Of a stretch of DNA of 64,000 nucleotides, positions 24,576 through 37,371 are shown one piece after another. Positions within the stretch are counted from its first letter, which is position 1. Every line of letters starts with the position of its first letter. The position numbers and the translations under genes are program-made. Source of the stretch: Octopus sinensis (lineage: Eukaryota); NCBI RefSeq assembly GCF_006345805.1, contig NC_042997.1, forward strand, positions 66,402,001 through 66,466,000, in the 5' to 3' direction. The notes under the pieces were generated by a model. That model was not told the origin of the DNA, ran no database searches, and saw nothing but the letters and a program-made list of their open reading frames with translations.

Positions 24576-25269
24576 ACTCACACAATAAAAACAACAACAA
24601 CAGAGAAAACCCACCAACTTTGGTAGTGTATATCTTAAAGTATGAACCAGGTGCATTTTACAATGCTAGTAGATTCTAATTCTTTGAATCTATTAGACTG
24701 GTTTGCTTTCATTTCTTTTTCAGTCTAAAAATGGATATCTTTGCCAGGTCATTAGAATATACCAAGTTTGGTACATGCTTATTCACTTCTAGCTGTTATA
24801 TCAAGGTGTTAGCATAAATTCTAATGGACATAGTTGTTTACCTAGTCATATATATGAATATATTGTCTTTACAAGGACTGAGCAGCTACAAAAACTCTGA
24901 TCAGTTATTTCTTGATGCTGATTGCATAGTCTGCACTCAGTGTCACCCTCTTATCAGGTTTTTACCTTGTGTGTGTGCATGTGCATGCATGCATGTGTGA
25001 CTATGACTGACTGGTTGGCTGGCTAGGCATTTATCCTCTGTAATTGATCAGGCTTTCTACTTTCACTTTCAGCCCAGGGATTTTGAAATATTAGCTTTTC
25101 AGTCTAAGTCTTGTTGGATACTGGTCATGGAGTGTTTTTTTTCTTTCCATTTTTAGTTTTATTTATTCTATTTTGGTGTTCCATATTTATTTAGTCTTTT
25201 GAAAGTGAGTTTACCATTCTTTTTGTCTTTAAACCTTTTTCTTCATTCTTTTTCACAATTCTGTATCAT

Positions 25270-25790
25270 TTCTTAACCACGCATAAATATCAAAAGTTCT
25301 TTAACAGGAACAACATTATGATGAACTATACTTGCCTGAATAGCATCACTTCACAGATCCCACATCACTAGCTAAGATGCACAACCAGCCACCCACCTCA
25401 GAAAAAACATCCATTTTGCTCTATAAAACTACCCACTTTAAGCATCCTACTCCTCTTAAGCTTTGGTATGTAGAGCAAATATAACACTTGGCAGTGGTAT
25501 TATACTGTACTTTTGATAAATACTTTTTAAATTAGATACTCCCAGAATGTGTGTTCATTTAGATTCAGCGATAAAATTAATTCCTGCTTTCTATCTCAAT
25601 ATATCTGGAAAATAAAGGACAGTGGAATTAAAAACACTCCCATAACCTGGAGTATTGTAAAGCAGCACCCACCCCACAACATTAACATAGCAAGAAAAAT
25701 CATTTTGTGTTTATCCAATAAATTCCATATTCTAATATAACTGCCAACATTGTTAAATGGGCAAACTGAAATGTTATTCAGCAGCTGTAC
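25270..25790 (+). mobile_element. Penelope-like element remnant (GIY-YIG region)
   Basis: KFFNRNNIMMNYTCLNS and LSQYIWKIKD...ITWSIV...IILCLSNKFHI resemble the Penelope motifs KIFNRNT.K.SYSC..N and LSKYIW.LK...I.W.I....C.LCL.EK. Confidence 0.6.
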
Positions 25791-25842
25791 ATTTTGTGTT
25801 CAAATATCCAAATACTGTTGAGATCAGTTTTGTTTATTATTA

Positions 25843-26049
25843 AGGCAACGAGCATTCTGGGAAAAATACTTAGTGGCATTTTGTCTGTCTTTACATTCTG
25901 AGTTCAAATTCCACCAAGGTTGACTTCACCTTTCATTCTCTTGAGGTCAATAAAATAAGTACCAGTTGAGTACCGGGATCAATGTAATCAACTTATCCCC
26001 TCCCCTGAAATTGCTGTGCCAAGATTTGAAGCCACTATTATTATTTTTT

Positions 26050-26115
<66 letters not shown>

Positions 26116-26545
26116 ATTGAGCTGGCAGAATTTTTAACACATCAGACTAAATGCTTAGAAGTATTTGTTCCAGTTAAATTCTGCCATGGTTACATTTGCC
26201 TTTCATCCTTTCACTAAATAAGTACTAGTTGAGCACTGGCATTTATATAATTGAGTAATCTCCTCCAAAAGATTTCATGCCTTGGGCATAGTGTAGAAAG
26301 AATTATTATCAATATCATTATTATTTAGGTGGTGAGCTGACAGACTTGTTAGCATGGCAGGCAAATGCTTGGCAGTATTTTGTCCATCTTCATGTTCTGA
26401 GTTCAAACGTTGCCATGGTCAACTTCGCCCACCATCCTTTTAGGATCAATAAAATAGTACCAGTCAAATACTGGGGTCGATGTAATTGACTAACCCCCTC
26501 CCTTGAAATTGCCGGCCTTGTGCCAAAATTTGAAATCAATATTAG
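25843..26545 (+). mobile_element. Three tandem SINE C copies interleaved with (ATT)n
   Basis: Copies at about 25843, 26119 and 26327; long (ATT)n at 26048-26110. Confidence 0.85.
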
Positions 26546-26849
26546 TTATTGTTGTTATTGTTATTATTATTATCAGTAGAAGTAGTAGTCTAATTATTAT
26601 AACTGTTGTTATGGTGGCCATGGTGAAAAGCAAGCAGTAAGAATATATATTCTGAAACATAACAAAAATATATTAAAAACAAATCAATACAAGAGACTAT
26701 TGGATGAGGTGGGTGTTTGCAAGTGGGTGGAAAAGCCATGGTTGGTTGTCAGTGTTTTGTTGGCATTCTTCCAGCATGCTAATTTTGGTAAGTGATAGAA
26801 TTTCAATTGAAAAACAATGATATGCAGTAGTGTGATTGAGTATATGTAT

Positions 26850-26855
26850 ACAGAC

Positions 26856-26935
<80 letters not shown>

Positions 26936-27170
26936 CATACATATATATACACACACACATATCTGTTTGTCTGTTTCTCTTCCTTAATCTGTCTATTTTC
27001 TATGTGTATGTATATATATATATATACACACACACACACATGCATACATACATCTCTCTCTCTCTCTCTCTCTCTCTCTCCACATATATATATATATATA
27101 ATATATATATGCATATATACACACATACATGTACATGCCTACATATATATGTATATATACATGCATATAT
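26850..27170. repeat. Compound (CA)/(TA)/(CT) microsatellite field
   Basis: Read directly from the sequence. Confidence 0.85.
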
Positions 27171-27699
27171 GGGTACTGGACATAAAAAAAAACGTGAACA
27201 AAATTAGAAACGGGAACATAAAATACAAAAGTATGGAAAACGAACTTTTTTCGAACAACAAAAGAAACAAATAGAGAAATTAGACAGGCAATATAAAGAA
27301 CATTCCCTTCATCAGCTGTCCCCTGTTTTATCTACTCCGTGTTTTGAATGTAGAGACAAGACGCGACTTCATTAAAAGCCCTTCCTGCAAAGCAAATTAA
27401 ATAAAATTTGGGATTTTTTGCGGAGGGTAAAGTGGTAACAAAAACAGGACAGTAAGAACAAAACAGTAAAAACAAATGGCAAGTGTTATTAAGTCAAGAT
27501 GATGTGAAGTGGTGAACACTGGAAAAACGATCTTTGAAAAGAGACAGGCAAAAGCATGTCTTGTCTTTAGGAAGGAAGTGGAAGAAAGAAAGGTAGATAG
27601 CCGTTCGTCACCACACACGAGTGTGTGTCTTGGCACAGAAGCTTACCAATCTCTTTCAGACTGTTGTTCCTTAGGATCTCAAAGATGCTTCTATTGCCC

Positions 27700-28680
27700 A
27701 TCCCTACAAGAGAAAGGGAAACAGGCAGTCCCTCTTGACTACCTCACTCAGCACATGGAAGAGTGTGGCTTCAGAGAGGGCCATGGGAGAGTCAACATGA
27801 TCTTTGCTACAAGCCAACTTCAGAAATGTCAGAAGCAGAATAGATCTGTACGTGATGTTTATAATTTTTGTCCAAGGTCTTTAACACCCTCAGTCATGAG
27901 GGGTTTGGGAAGATCTTGGGAAAGTTTGATTATCCAAACAAATTCATCAGCATAGTGCAACAGTTTCATGGTGGCATGTCTGATGAGTACTGGATAGTGG
28001 ATATTCTTCTGGAACATTCACAGTCACTAATGGGGTGAAGCTGGGCTGTCTACTCACACCATTCAGCATAATGTTCTCACCATACTATCAAATGCCTTCT
28101 GTAACGACAATGAAATCAGCATCAAAATCAGATTCGGGACTGATGGCAAACTCTTCAACCTGCAGAGGTTACAGGCCAAGACCAAAGGAAGAGATGACTC
28201 AATGCACAACTTCCATTACACAGATGACTGCACACACAGTGCCACCACAGAGGCCTTGAAGCTGTAGAGCATGAACTACTTTTCCAGGCCTGACAATCAG
28301 CATTCAGGAGACAGAGGTCATGCACTAATCTGGCCCATGAAGCCATGTATGGAACCAATTATCACTGTCAAAGAGGAGTCCCTGAAGATTGTTAATAAGT
28401 TCTTGTTCCACAACAACACATTCTCCAGATCTGTGAACATTGATGAGAAAGTTGACACTTGCATTGCCAAAGGAAGCCCAGCATTTGGGCAGCTACATGA
28501 ATCCATGTGGGAGAGGAGAAACATTAGGCTGGAACCAAGCTGAAGGTTTAGCAAGAAGTTATACTACCTACACTACTGTACACCTACAAGAGTTGGACAG
28601 TTTTTGAACTCCACGTCAAAAAGCTAAACCACTTCCACATGAACTGCCTGAGAAAGCTGTTGAAAATCATCTGGCAAGAC
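27700..28680 (+). mobile_element. Decayed RTE/BovB-like LINE RT fragment
   Basis: EECGFREG.G.VNMIFA.SQLQ.KC..QN, VTNGVKLGCLL.P.FSIMFS, and KLNHFHMNCLRKLLKIIWQD. Confidence 0.78.
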
Positions 28681-29149
28681 AGAGAGAGAGAGAATGAGAG
28701 ATGTATACACACGCACACACACTGGAAACTATCTGTTTACATCAATGAAAATATATTATAATATTATGAATTCATTTATATTCATATTAATATTCATTAA
28801 AAGGATTTTTCATCTGTTGTATTGAAACATCCATAATTAAAAGATTAGATATGATACCATAAATTCTAGTTTGTTTGTTTTTTTTTATTTAATGTATTCA
28901 TACTCCGCAGCCATTCTATTTTACCTGGAATTCCAGTTGATATGGGTAGTTTTCTTCTTTACAGTAAACCATCTACTGATATACACTTACACAGATGTGC
29001 CTGTTGAGGATCCTGTAGTGATATTTTAAATCAGTTAATATGTACATTTCAGGTTTGTGTAATATATAATAGGAAATGCATCCATAATGCAAGACCAGTC
29101 TCAGTTAAAACATTTCAAAATATGAAGCAGTTAATGGAGATATTTCAAT

Positions 29150-29480
29150 ATCTTTCCAGTGGCACAAAAAAAGCACTTTTAGAGCATTGGGCCTCACGGA
29201 GGCATGACAAATGACCAAGACCTTTGGCAATATGCCATGCTTGAGTAGAAGCCCCATCAAGCCATGTGAAATTATAGTTGTGGCAGATACTGGTATCATG
29301 CAACTGGCACATAAAAGCACCCGTTACACTCCCAGAGTGGTTGGTATTAGGAAGGGCATCCAGCTGTAGAAACTGTGCCAAATCAGACTAGAGTCTGGTG
29401 CAGCCCTTCAGCTTACTAGCCCTGGTCAAACTATCCAACCCGTGACAGCATGGACAACATACGTTAAATGATGATGATGA
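29150..29480 (+). mobile_element. RTE LINE 3' end (5'-truncated)
   Basis: TTGGGCCTCACGGAGGC.. encodes LGLTEA as at the end of the LINE ORF at 355-558; ends TTAAATGATGATGATG. Confidence 0.82.
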
Positions 29481-30034
29481 TATTGTCATAGCAGTAAACC
29501 AACTACTAAGAAGTATGTAAAAATTACCTGTTAAAGGGTAGTTTTCACTTGTGTTTAAATGTACACTATTTTAAAATAAGAATATATATATTTAGTATAA
29601 TTCAAGTAAAACCCCTGTAACATGTATTTAAGAACTCTTATGTTATTATTTGGCTACAATTTTTTCCCTTGCACATCTGAACTTTGGAATTCCCTTCCAC
29701 AGTCTTATTTTCTTCTTTAATTTGACCCCCAGTCTTTTAAGTCTAATGTACATCATCACCTATTGACTTCTGTCTAGCATCCATTTTATTCTAGTAGCTC
29801 TCACGTTTTCAGTGGTCTAAGGAACTTGTAACAAGCAAATGCTTTCAAAAAAAAAAAAGAAAGAAAGAAGAAAAACTACATATACTACAGTGGGGTATAC
29901 TCCAGTGCTGGATACATATGTGGAACTCCTCTTTGCATAAGATTAATACAAGAATTATATAACATAAGAATGGAGGATATATCAGGTTTTAATAGAACCT
30001 GATATCCTCCATCCTCATGATATATTATTCTTTT

Positions 30035-31167
30035 ATATATTTAACTGGAAAACTTGGAGAGTGGTTATATGACTTTCTGAAAAATAGAAGTCAGGCAGTG
30101 GTGGCCAATAGATCCACCTCAAGAAAAACACAAATAGTGAGTGGTGTTCTCCGGGGCACTATCTTAGGACCACTACTTTTCATAGTGTCCCTCTCAGATA
30201 CACCCTCAGCTGCCCAGATAGCTACCCTTGCTAGCTACACAGATGATATGAAAGTCTTGCAGAAAATACAAAACCCTAGTGATGTTGCATGTCTGCAGCA
30301 GGAGTTGGACTCAATGTACAGATGGACTGAGGACAATAATATGCAGTTTAATGCTGAAAAATACCAAGCCCTGTGCTACTAGCACCCAAGACTGAACGTA
30401 AAACTTACAGGGTACATTGGTCCACAGGGGTTTACAATCCCAGAACCTAAATCAGTGCAGGACCTGGGTATCGACTTGAGTGATGATACTTCTTTCCAAG
30501 TGCATATTACTAAAATGGCGATAAAGTGCAGACAGATAGCTGGCTGGATCCTGAGAACCTTCAGAACCAAAGGGAAGGAAACCATGATGGTACTCTGGAG
30601 GACATTCGTCTATTGTTAACCCACAGTGTAAAATTAACAGCAAACTTTGAAGCAATCCAGCAAAGCTTCACAAAGATCATCTCATTGCAACAGCTCAGCT
30701 ACTAGGAAAGGCTGAAACAGCTAAAACTCTATTCCCTGGAGTGAAGGCAGTAGAGATATGCAGTAATATACATCTGGAAGGGATTGTGCCAAATTTTAGC
30801 ATTGAAAGCTACACAAATGTCAGAACGGGTTGCCACTGCACAGTACGAAAGATCCCAACAATATCTTTGTGCTTCAGGACCAGTTACTGCAACAGCTTGG
30901 GTTTCAAGGACCCTCAGCTTTTTAATATTCTCCCAAAGAGCCTACACAAAGTGGATGTAGGTGTTTTCAAATCAAAACTGGATCTCTTCCTGTCAAGAAT
31001 CCCAGATGAACTTACCTTGTGGCAGGAGGCACAAATGAGGGCAGCGACATCAAACTCCCTTATTCACTAAATGTCACATATCAGAGGAGGCTCTCAATAA
31101 TAACAGTGTAGCAAAACACCTGTGCCCCAGCATGGCCATAGCTCTGAGCTGAAACTAATAAAAAAAA
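30035..31167 (+). mobile_element. CR1/L2-group LINE, 5'-truncated, with 3' end
   Basis: GKLGEWLYDFLKNRSQ...GVLRGTILGPLLF...YTDDMK; 3' end GTGCCCCAGCATGGCCATAGCTCTGAGCTGAAACTAATAAAAAAAA. Confidence 0.85.
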
Positions 31168-32294
31168 TTATATATATATATATGTGGTTATGTTTAAAAT
31201 TAAAGTTTAAATAGGAGACTTTAAAGTGTCATTTCCAAACCTTGTTTTGGGTCTGCCTCTAGTAGTGTGCCTAATATAATTCCATTATATTGTTCCCCAA
31301 CCACTATGTAAGCCAAAACAATTGTTGTGCTAAATAAAGCGTACAGTCCATTGTCTTCCCTATCAATCATTTAAAATAGATATATGTAAGTGTGTGTGTT
31401 TGCACCTCCTCATCTTGGTATCATGAGATAGTTGTAAACAAGTTTCACCACCATGCATGTAATGCCATTCATTTCCCACCTTCTCTGGAAACTTGTCCAT
31501 TTGGTAACAAGGAATGCATCCATCCATAGAAAATCTGCCTCAACAAATCTCAGCTGACCAATGCAAGCATTGATAAGTGGCCATTAAAATGATATTATTA
31601 TTATTATTATATTATTATTATTATTAATCTGCAAGTTGGAGGTTCGTTACCACACTGGAGAAAATGCTTAGTGGCATTTCTTCCAGCTTTACACTCTGAG
31701 TTCAAATATTGCCATGGTCAGCTTTGCCTTTCATCCTTTTGGAGTCAATAAAATAAGTACCAGTTGAGCACTGGGGTTGAGGTAAATGATTAGCCCCACC
31801 TCTCTATATATGTTTGTGTGTGTGCATCAGGGGATGATTATGTTGTTAAATAGTAGTAGTTGCAGCAACCAAAGTAACCACTTTATGTAACTACATCAGA
31901 CAGGAGAGACAGACAGAGACACACAGACGGACAGGCAGAGAGAGAGATTATAATTCTTCAGATTATTAACCTCGTCTTTACAGGTGAATCTTTTATGTTT
32001 TTTACAATATTTATGACTATACTAGATTTCTGATAAGTTAATTTATTGGTAAACCAATAAATCAGCCTATATTGAAGAAATGAGTCACCTGAAAATAATA
32101 CTCCTGAATAATAAATATCCAGCCCATTAAATAAGACCTGTAGTCATTGTGATACACAAATTTGAGGTTTAACCAAACTTTTCTCGCTGTGTGTGTATTA
32201 TTTTGCTTAGGCATTGTGAGTCTAATAACCTAGTGTAGAACTCAATATATGTATGTTTCAGAACGAAGTGTTAGCTGAGTATAGAGCAGTATAA

Positions 32295-32441
32295 AGAGAT
32301 GACAAAGGAATAAATTATTATTGAATGAATTTCATTAGCTTACAGCTGTTTCACTGCATCTGAGTCCACTACGTCTTACAGTAGAAACAGCTGTAAGCTA
32401 ATGAAGTTCATAACATAATCATTTTTTCCTTTGTCATCTCT
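32295..32441. repeat. Inverted repeat / hairpin (about 62-nt arms, about 20-nt loop)
   Basis: Perfect 22-bp core TTCATTAGCTTACAGCTGTTTC / GAAACAGCTGTAAGCTAATGAA plus a perfect 16-bp outer stem. Confidence 0.9.
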
Positions 32442-32795
32442 CTAATGTGTAGTGTGTGTAGTTATAACAATAATAATCCTTGGATGGAATTTATATAAAA
32501 AAAGTTCTGTTTAGCCTATTCTGTCTTTCTGTCAGGACAGAAGGAGGCATGTAAGGACGGAGAATCGTGAAGAGGTCACAGGATGTATGATGAAAGATTT
32601 CAGACAAAGGACACGAAAAATAAGAATAATAATAAGAAGGCTGAAGTGAACAAGCATAAGGTGCATGTTAATTGGCAAAAAATATGACCATCCCCAAATA
32701 TAACAATTTCTGTTTCAAAACACAATTTAACATCAGAATTATTACAAAACAAATACATGTGTATGTCTGTCTGTCTGTATGTATGCATGTATGTA

Positions 32796-33560
32796 CAGGG
32801 TAAATTGTTGTCATTTTATATTTTTAATTTCATGTATGTGCATTGTTTTGGATTTTGTCAACTACACAGTATAGTAGGGTCAATTGGGAAAAACAGTACC
32901 ATGACACAATTCACTCCACCAGAAATTTGGAAACAACATACTGTACTGCTTGGCACTCATGCCAGAAGCTCCAATACAAACATTTCGGTGTGTTTGGCTG
33001 TCAATCTGGGGACAATGCATGTACCGAGAGTGATAAAAATCAAACATCCAGTCAACTTCATGGTGTTTGGAATGATCACTAGTGATGACGATGTTATGCC
33101 TCCATTCATCTTCCTACATGGCCTCAGACTCAACACGGAGGCCTACAAGTACCTGCAGGAAGTAGTGCTGCCCTGGATCAAGAGGGTGGCTGCTGGGAGA
33201 CTCTATGTCTGGCAACAGGACTCTGCACCATGCCACACAGGCAGGAGAACCCAATCATGGCTGTCAGACAATTTCTGCAACCACATCACCCCTAACATCT
33301 GGCCACCTAACTCCCTAGACTGCAATCTCCTTCATTATTATGTGTGGGGCACAGTTGAGCAGGAGACCAACAAAACTCCTTGTACTACCAAAGATGAACT
33401 GACGGCAAGGATTATAGCAGTATTCACCAACTTAAACAAGGAGACCGTCCAGAAAAGTTGCAGGAGATTCCAAAGTTGTCTGGAGGCCATAGTTGAAGCC
33501 AATGGCGATTTTATTGAATAAATTTACTATTTAGTATTTGAAGATATTTTTATGTAATAT
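32796..33560 (+). mobile_element. maT-like (DD37D) Tc1/mariner transposon remnant
   Basis: TA-CAGGGT start; ORF segment MVFGMITSD...VWQQDSAPCH...WPPNSLDCNLLHYYVWG with 37 residues between the second D and the third position (D changed to H). Confidence 0.8.
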
Positions 33561-33574
33561 TGGTAAATATATCT

Positions 33575-33950
33575 TGGTCTTTCATCATTCTCAGTCTCCA
33601 TTTTCCTATAGTTACCCTCATACTGATTGCATATGACCTTTTTTTCCTGCAAGTGTCCATTAGCCAATAACATATCAAGTCCATAGCAGCATGATTGTCT
33701 CTCTTGCACACTTACACTAAGGCCTTGAATGCAAAATGTCATTCACTCAGGTCAGTACTGCTCTGACTTATATACAGAGGTCACATTATACACCCAATAG
33801 ATATACATTTCATACCATTTCTCTCCAATCTCACCAGCTCTTCTATGTTCAATACCCATGTCTTACTAACAAGTAACATCACACACAACCCTTCACACAT
33901 CTACCACTCCTTCTTCACACAACCTACTGTTGTTTCACTACACTCAACTC
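33575..33950 (-). mobile_element. RTE LINE fragment
   Basis: SVQERQSCCYG...RPR remnant homologous to the LINE C-terminus at 355-660. Confidence 0.6.
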
Positions 33951-33954
33951 CAAA

Positions 33955-34170
33955 ACTAATTTTTTTTTTCATTTTCATCTAGTTTCAGCTCACAAGCTGT
34001 GGCCATGCTGGGGCACCGCCATTTGGTGTTGCTACATGATTTTACTTCACGAATGCTTTTTAGCAATTGACATTTGGTGCATGAGAGAGTTTGTTGCAGC
34101 TTCCCTCATCTGCACCTCTTGCCATGAAGTTGGTTCATCTGGGACACCTGACAGGAAGAGGTCCAGCTTT
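33955..34170 (-). mobile_element. 3' end of a second CR1/L2-group LINE copy
   Basis: Reverse complement matches 30970-31167 (CTGGA.CTCTTCCTGTCA...CCAGATGAAC...GTGCCCCAGCATGGCCA.AGCT...GCTGAAACTA). Confidence 0.75.
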
Positions 34171-34777
34171 ATTTATTAGACATAATTTTTTTATGTCTTT
34201 TTAATTAGGCATAATCAATTAGCTTCTTCCTTGCCAATAAAGGACCTTTTAGGTAGTTTCTCAAACTTATAGAAATAACAAAAATGAAGCAAAAGATAAA
34301 AAAGTGGGGATTAAGCAGCAGAAAATGGGAAAAGGGAGTTCATCCCTGAAAAAATGGTATGTTTAACCGTGCCTTGCAGACATGATTGCAAAAGCATTTG
34401 CCACAGAGAATGCCCAGCAACACTTGCTACAACAATCACCCCACCTCACAGGGCTCATTTCTCAGACAGGCTACAGTTATCCTGATTTTGTGGTAGAAAC
34501 CAGCAGTGCAGGCTCTGAGAACATCTGAGGTCTTGGCAGTAATCATCATAAACTGACAGTAGCCGGTCAGGATCCTATATTTATTTATCTATTTTTCTCT
34601 CCTGTATTTCAGGTGGCTGATGCAACAAGGTTGGGGCCAGAGAACATGTCACTGCCCCCCCCCCCGCCCTTGTTATTTTGTCAGAGAGCTCACCATTTCT
34701 ATGGCTGAGATCTACTGGCTCCAGTTGAGACAGGAAGCTAGCTGCGTCAAGGCCGCTTCTAATTATATCATTCAGAG

Positions 34778-35010
34778 TAGTGGTGAGCTGGCAGAAACAT
34801 TAGCACGCCGGGCAAAATGCTTTGTGGTATTTCGTCTGCCGTTATGTTCTGAGTTCAAATTCCGCCAAGATTGACTTTGCCTTTCATCCTTTCGGGGTCA
34901 ATAAATTAAGTACCAGTTACGCACTGGGCTTGATGTAATCGACTTAATCCCTTTCTCTGTCCTTGTTTGTCCCCTCTATGTTTAGCCCCTTATGGGTAAT
35001 AAAGAAACAC
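34778..35010 (+). mobile_element. SINE C copy with an alternative 3' tail
   Basis: Consensus-like C body ending TCCTTGTTTGTCCCCTCTATGTTTAGCCCC rather than AAATTTCAGGCCTTGTGCC. Confidence 0.8.
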
Positions 35011-35579
35011 ATATCATTCAGAGTAGCATGTTGGAGGAGCTGACCCACACTATGGATGCAGGATAATGGATGCAGGCAGAATTCATCAACTTATCACATA
35101 AATTTTGTTTTTGTTGAGAGAGTGAGGCAGAAAGAGATTAATTACATATTCACACTCACTCACATTCATTTGCATACTCTTAGATAGACAATCCCTCCTG
35201 ATTGGAATAATGATTGCTAAGAAGTTAAAAAGCTATCATTCTTACTTAGAAACGATTGTTGCCTGAGACTAACTGTATTTGAGTTTTTGTTGGTAATTTT
35301 TATTTTGTCTGTTTTTAATTATTTTCATAGCCTTGACACAAAATCAAAATCTAGTTTGACATATCGTGTAGTTGTTTGCATCTGTCAGACTGAGTTGTAA
35401 ATTGAAACTTTATTGATTCGATTAAGGGCTTTAATTTCAGTTCCTTCTAAATAATTCTTTGACACATTCCTTGACATTGATTGAGTTTGTTAAGGTTCAG
35501 TTTTGTTATAAATAATCTTTGTTGTAACATACACCCATACACACACACACACGCCCACATGTAAACATATATACATATA

Positions 35580-35620
<41 letters not shown>

Positions 35621-35795
35621 GTATTTATGTATATATATATATATATATATGTACATGTGTTTATATATGTATGTATATATATGTGTGTGTGCATACATAC
35701 ATAAGAGCAAAGGAATCTGATGCGCCTCCTCCAAATTCAATCTATTAATGGCATATTGAAAATTGCTAACTCATTCCAAAGATTCTCCATCTGAG

Positions 35796-36087
35796 ATTCT
35801 TTAAATGAATATAAGCACAAAACAACTCAACTACATTTTTATAAACCCTGGGAACTGAAAAAGTTATACAATTATCTTATCAACCAGCTTCAACTTCATT
35901 AAGAACTCAAATCTCAAAAAAAACATACATATACACACACATACATGCATGCATGTATGATTATCTTGAGATTTAAGTTCTTAATGCAGTTCAAGCTGGT
36001 TGCGAACAAAACAGTTCCGCTTTTTAAGTTCCTAAGGTTTGTAAATATGCTGTTGAGTTGTTGTGTACATATTTTCATATAAAGAAT
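35796..36087. repeat. Foldback element (about 120-nt imperfect arms around a microsatellite loop)
   Basis: CAACCAGCTTCAACTTCATTAAGAACTCAAATCTCAA pairs with TTGAGATTTAAGTTCTTAATGCAGTTCAAGCTGGTTG; the outer arms also pair. Confidence 0.82.
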
Positions 36088-36629
36088 GCATGCATTTTAT
36101 AAATGTTCAGTGTCACATTCATTAAAGTCCTTTTACATAGTTTTTAAATGAAAATTGTTCCCTAGATTAATAGGGTTTTTTTTTTTTATTATTTTGCGTT
36201 GTTACTGAAACATGAAATTAATGAATGTAGAATACAGTTACATATATTACAATGAATTCTTTTATGTAATATGAGAGAAATGAGTTAAAAATCGTTTGGT
36301 ATGTGTCACAGCACTTTTTCTTTTTTACGTCCTCACACCCACTAACTAAATATCATTTATCATTCTTTGTCTAAATTCTAAGGCCTTTTACTTTGTTCTA
36401 CCTTAAACAAGAGATGTCAACTGCAATTCCTACACTAAGTTTGTCATATATATCTTTTACCTTTTTTCAGTCATTTGACTGCAGTACTTGTTTCTTTTAA
36501 GCCTCATACATATTTTATTGATTTCTTTTTGCTGAACTGCTAAGTTTTGGGTACATAAACACACCAATATCGGTTGTCAAGCAGTGGTGTGGTACAGACA
36601 CAAAGATACACACTCATATGGACATATAT

Positions 36630-37031
36630 ATAGTTGTGATACCTGTGCCAGTGACACATAATGAGCACCATCCGAATGTGGCCGTTGCCAGTGCCGCCTC
36701 AACTGGCTTCTGTGCCGGTGGCACATAAAAAGCACCATCCGAACATGGCCGATGCCAGCACCACCTCGACTGGCTTCTGTGCCGGTGGCACATAAAAAGC
36801 ACCAACTGAGCATGGCCGATGCCAGACCCCTCCGGCACCTGTGCAGGTGGCACGTAAAAAGCACCCACTTCACTCGCGGAGTGGTCGGCATTAGGAAGGG
36901 CATCCAGCTGTAGAAACACTGCCAGATCAGACTGGAGCCTGGAGCAGCCCCTGGCTCCCCAGACCCCGGTCGAACCATCCAACCCGTGCTAGCGTGGAAA
37001 ACGGACGTTAAACGATGATGATGATGATGAT
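36630..37031 (+). mobile_element. RTE LINE 3' end with about 67-bp minisatellite
   Basis: CTGGCTTCTGTGCCGGTGGCACATAAAAAGCACCA recurs at 36703 and 36770; (GAT)n tail. Confidence 0.85.
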
Positions 37032-37339
37032 ACATATATATATATATATAAAATTAAATAAGGGTAGAAATTGATATTAATCAATTAAAACCAGTGGCCT
37101 AGCATATTTATGCAGATGTTTATGTATTCATATACGTAAGTTATTAACAAGTGAAACTAATTAGTACATAGGTAATCGCTTTTTATTTCATATACTTTCA
37201 TTTGTCTTGCTTATTTTTACGCTTTGGTTTTTTGCTGAATTTTTTCTTGAGAACATTCTCCGTGGAAAATGGCGATTTTGACGTCTATATCAGGCATACA
37301 GGCTGTCTACTTTTAGTGGTAAATCCTCTAAATTTTGTG

Positions 37340-37371
<32 letters not shown>

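Noticed and set aside
27240-27320. Minus-strand CTGATGAAGGG...GAAA hammerhead candidate
   Set aside because: I could not find a plausible stem II between the two core halves.
36640-36870. CRISPR-like repeat array
   Set aside because: The units are diverged tandem repeats without unique spacers, inside a LINE 3' UTR of a eukaryote; no cas genes.
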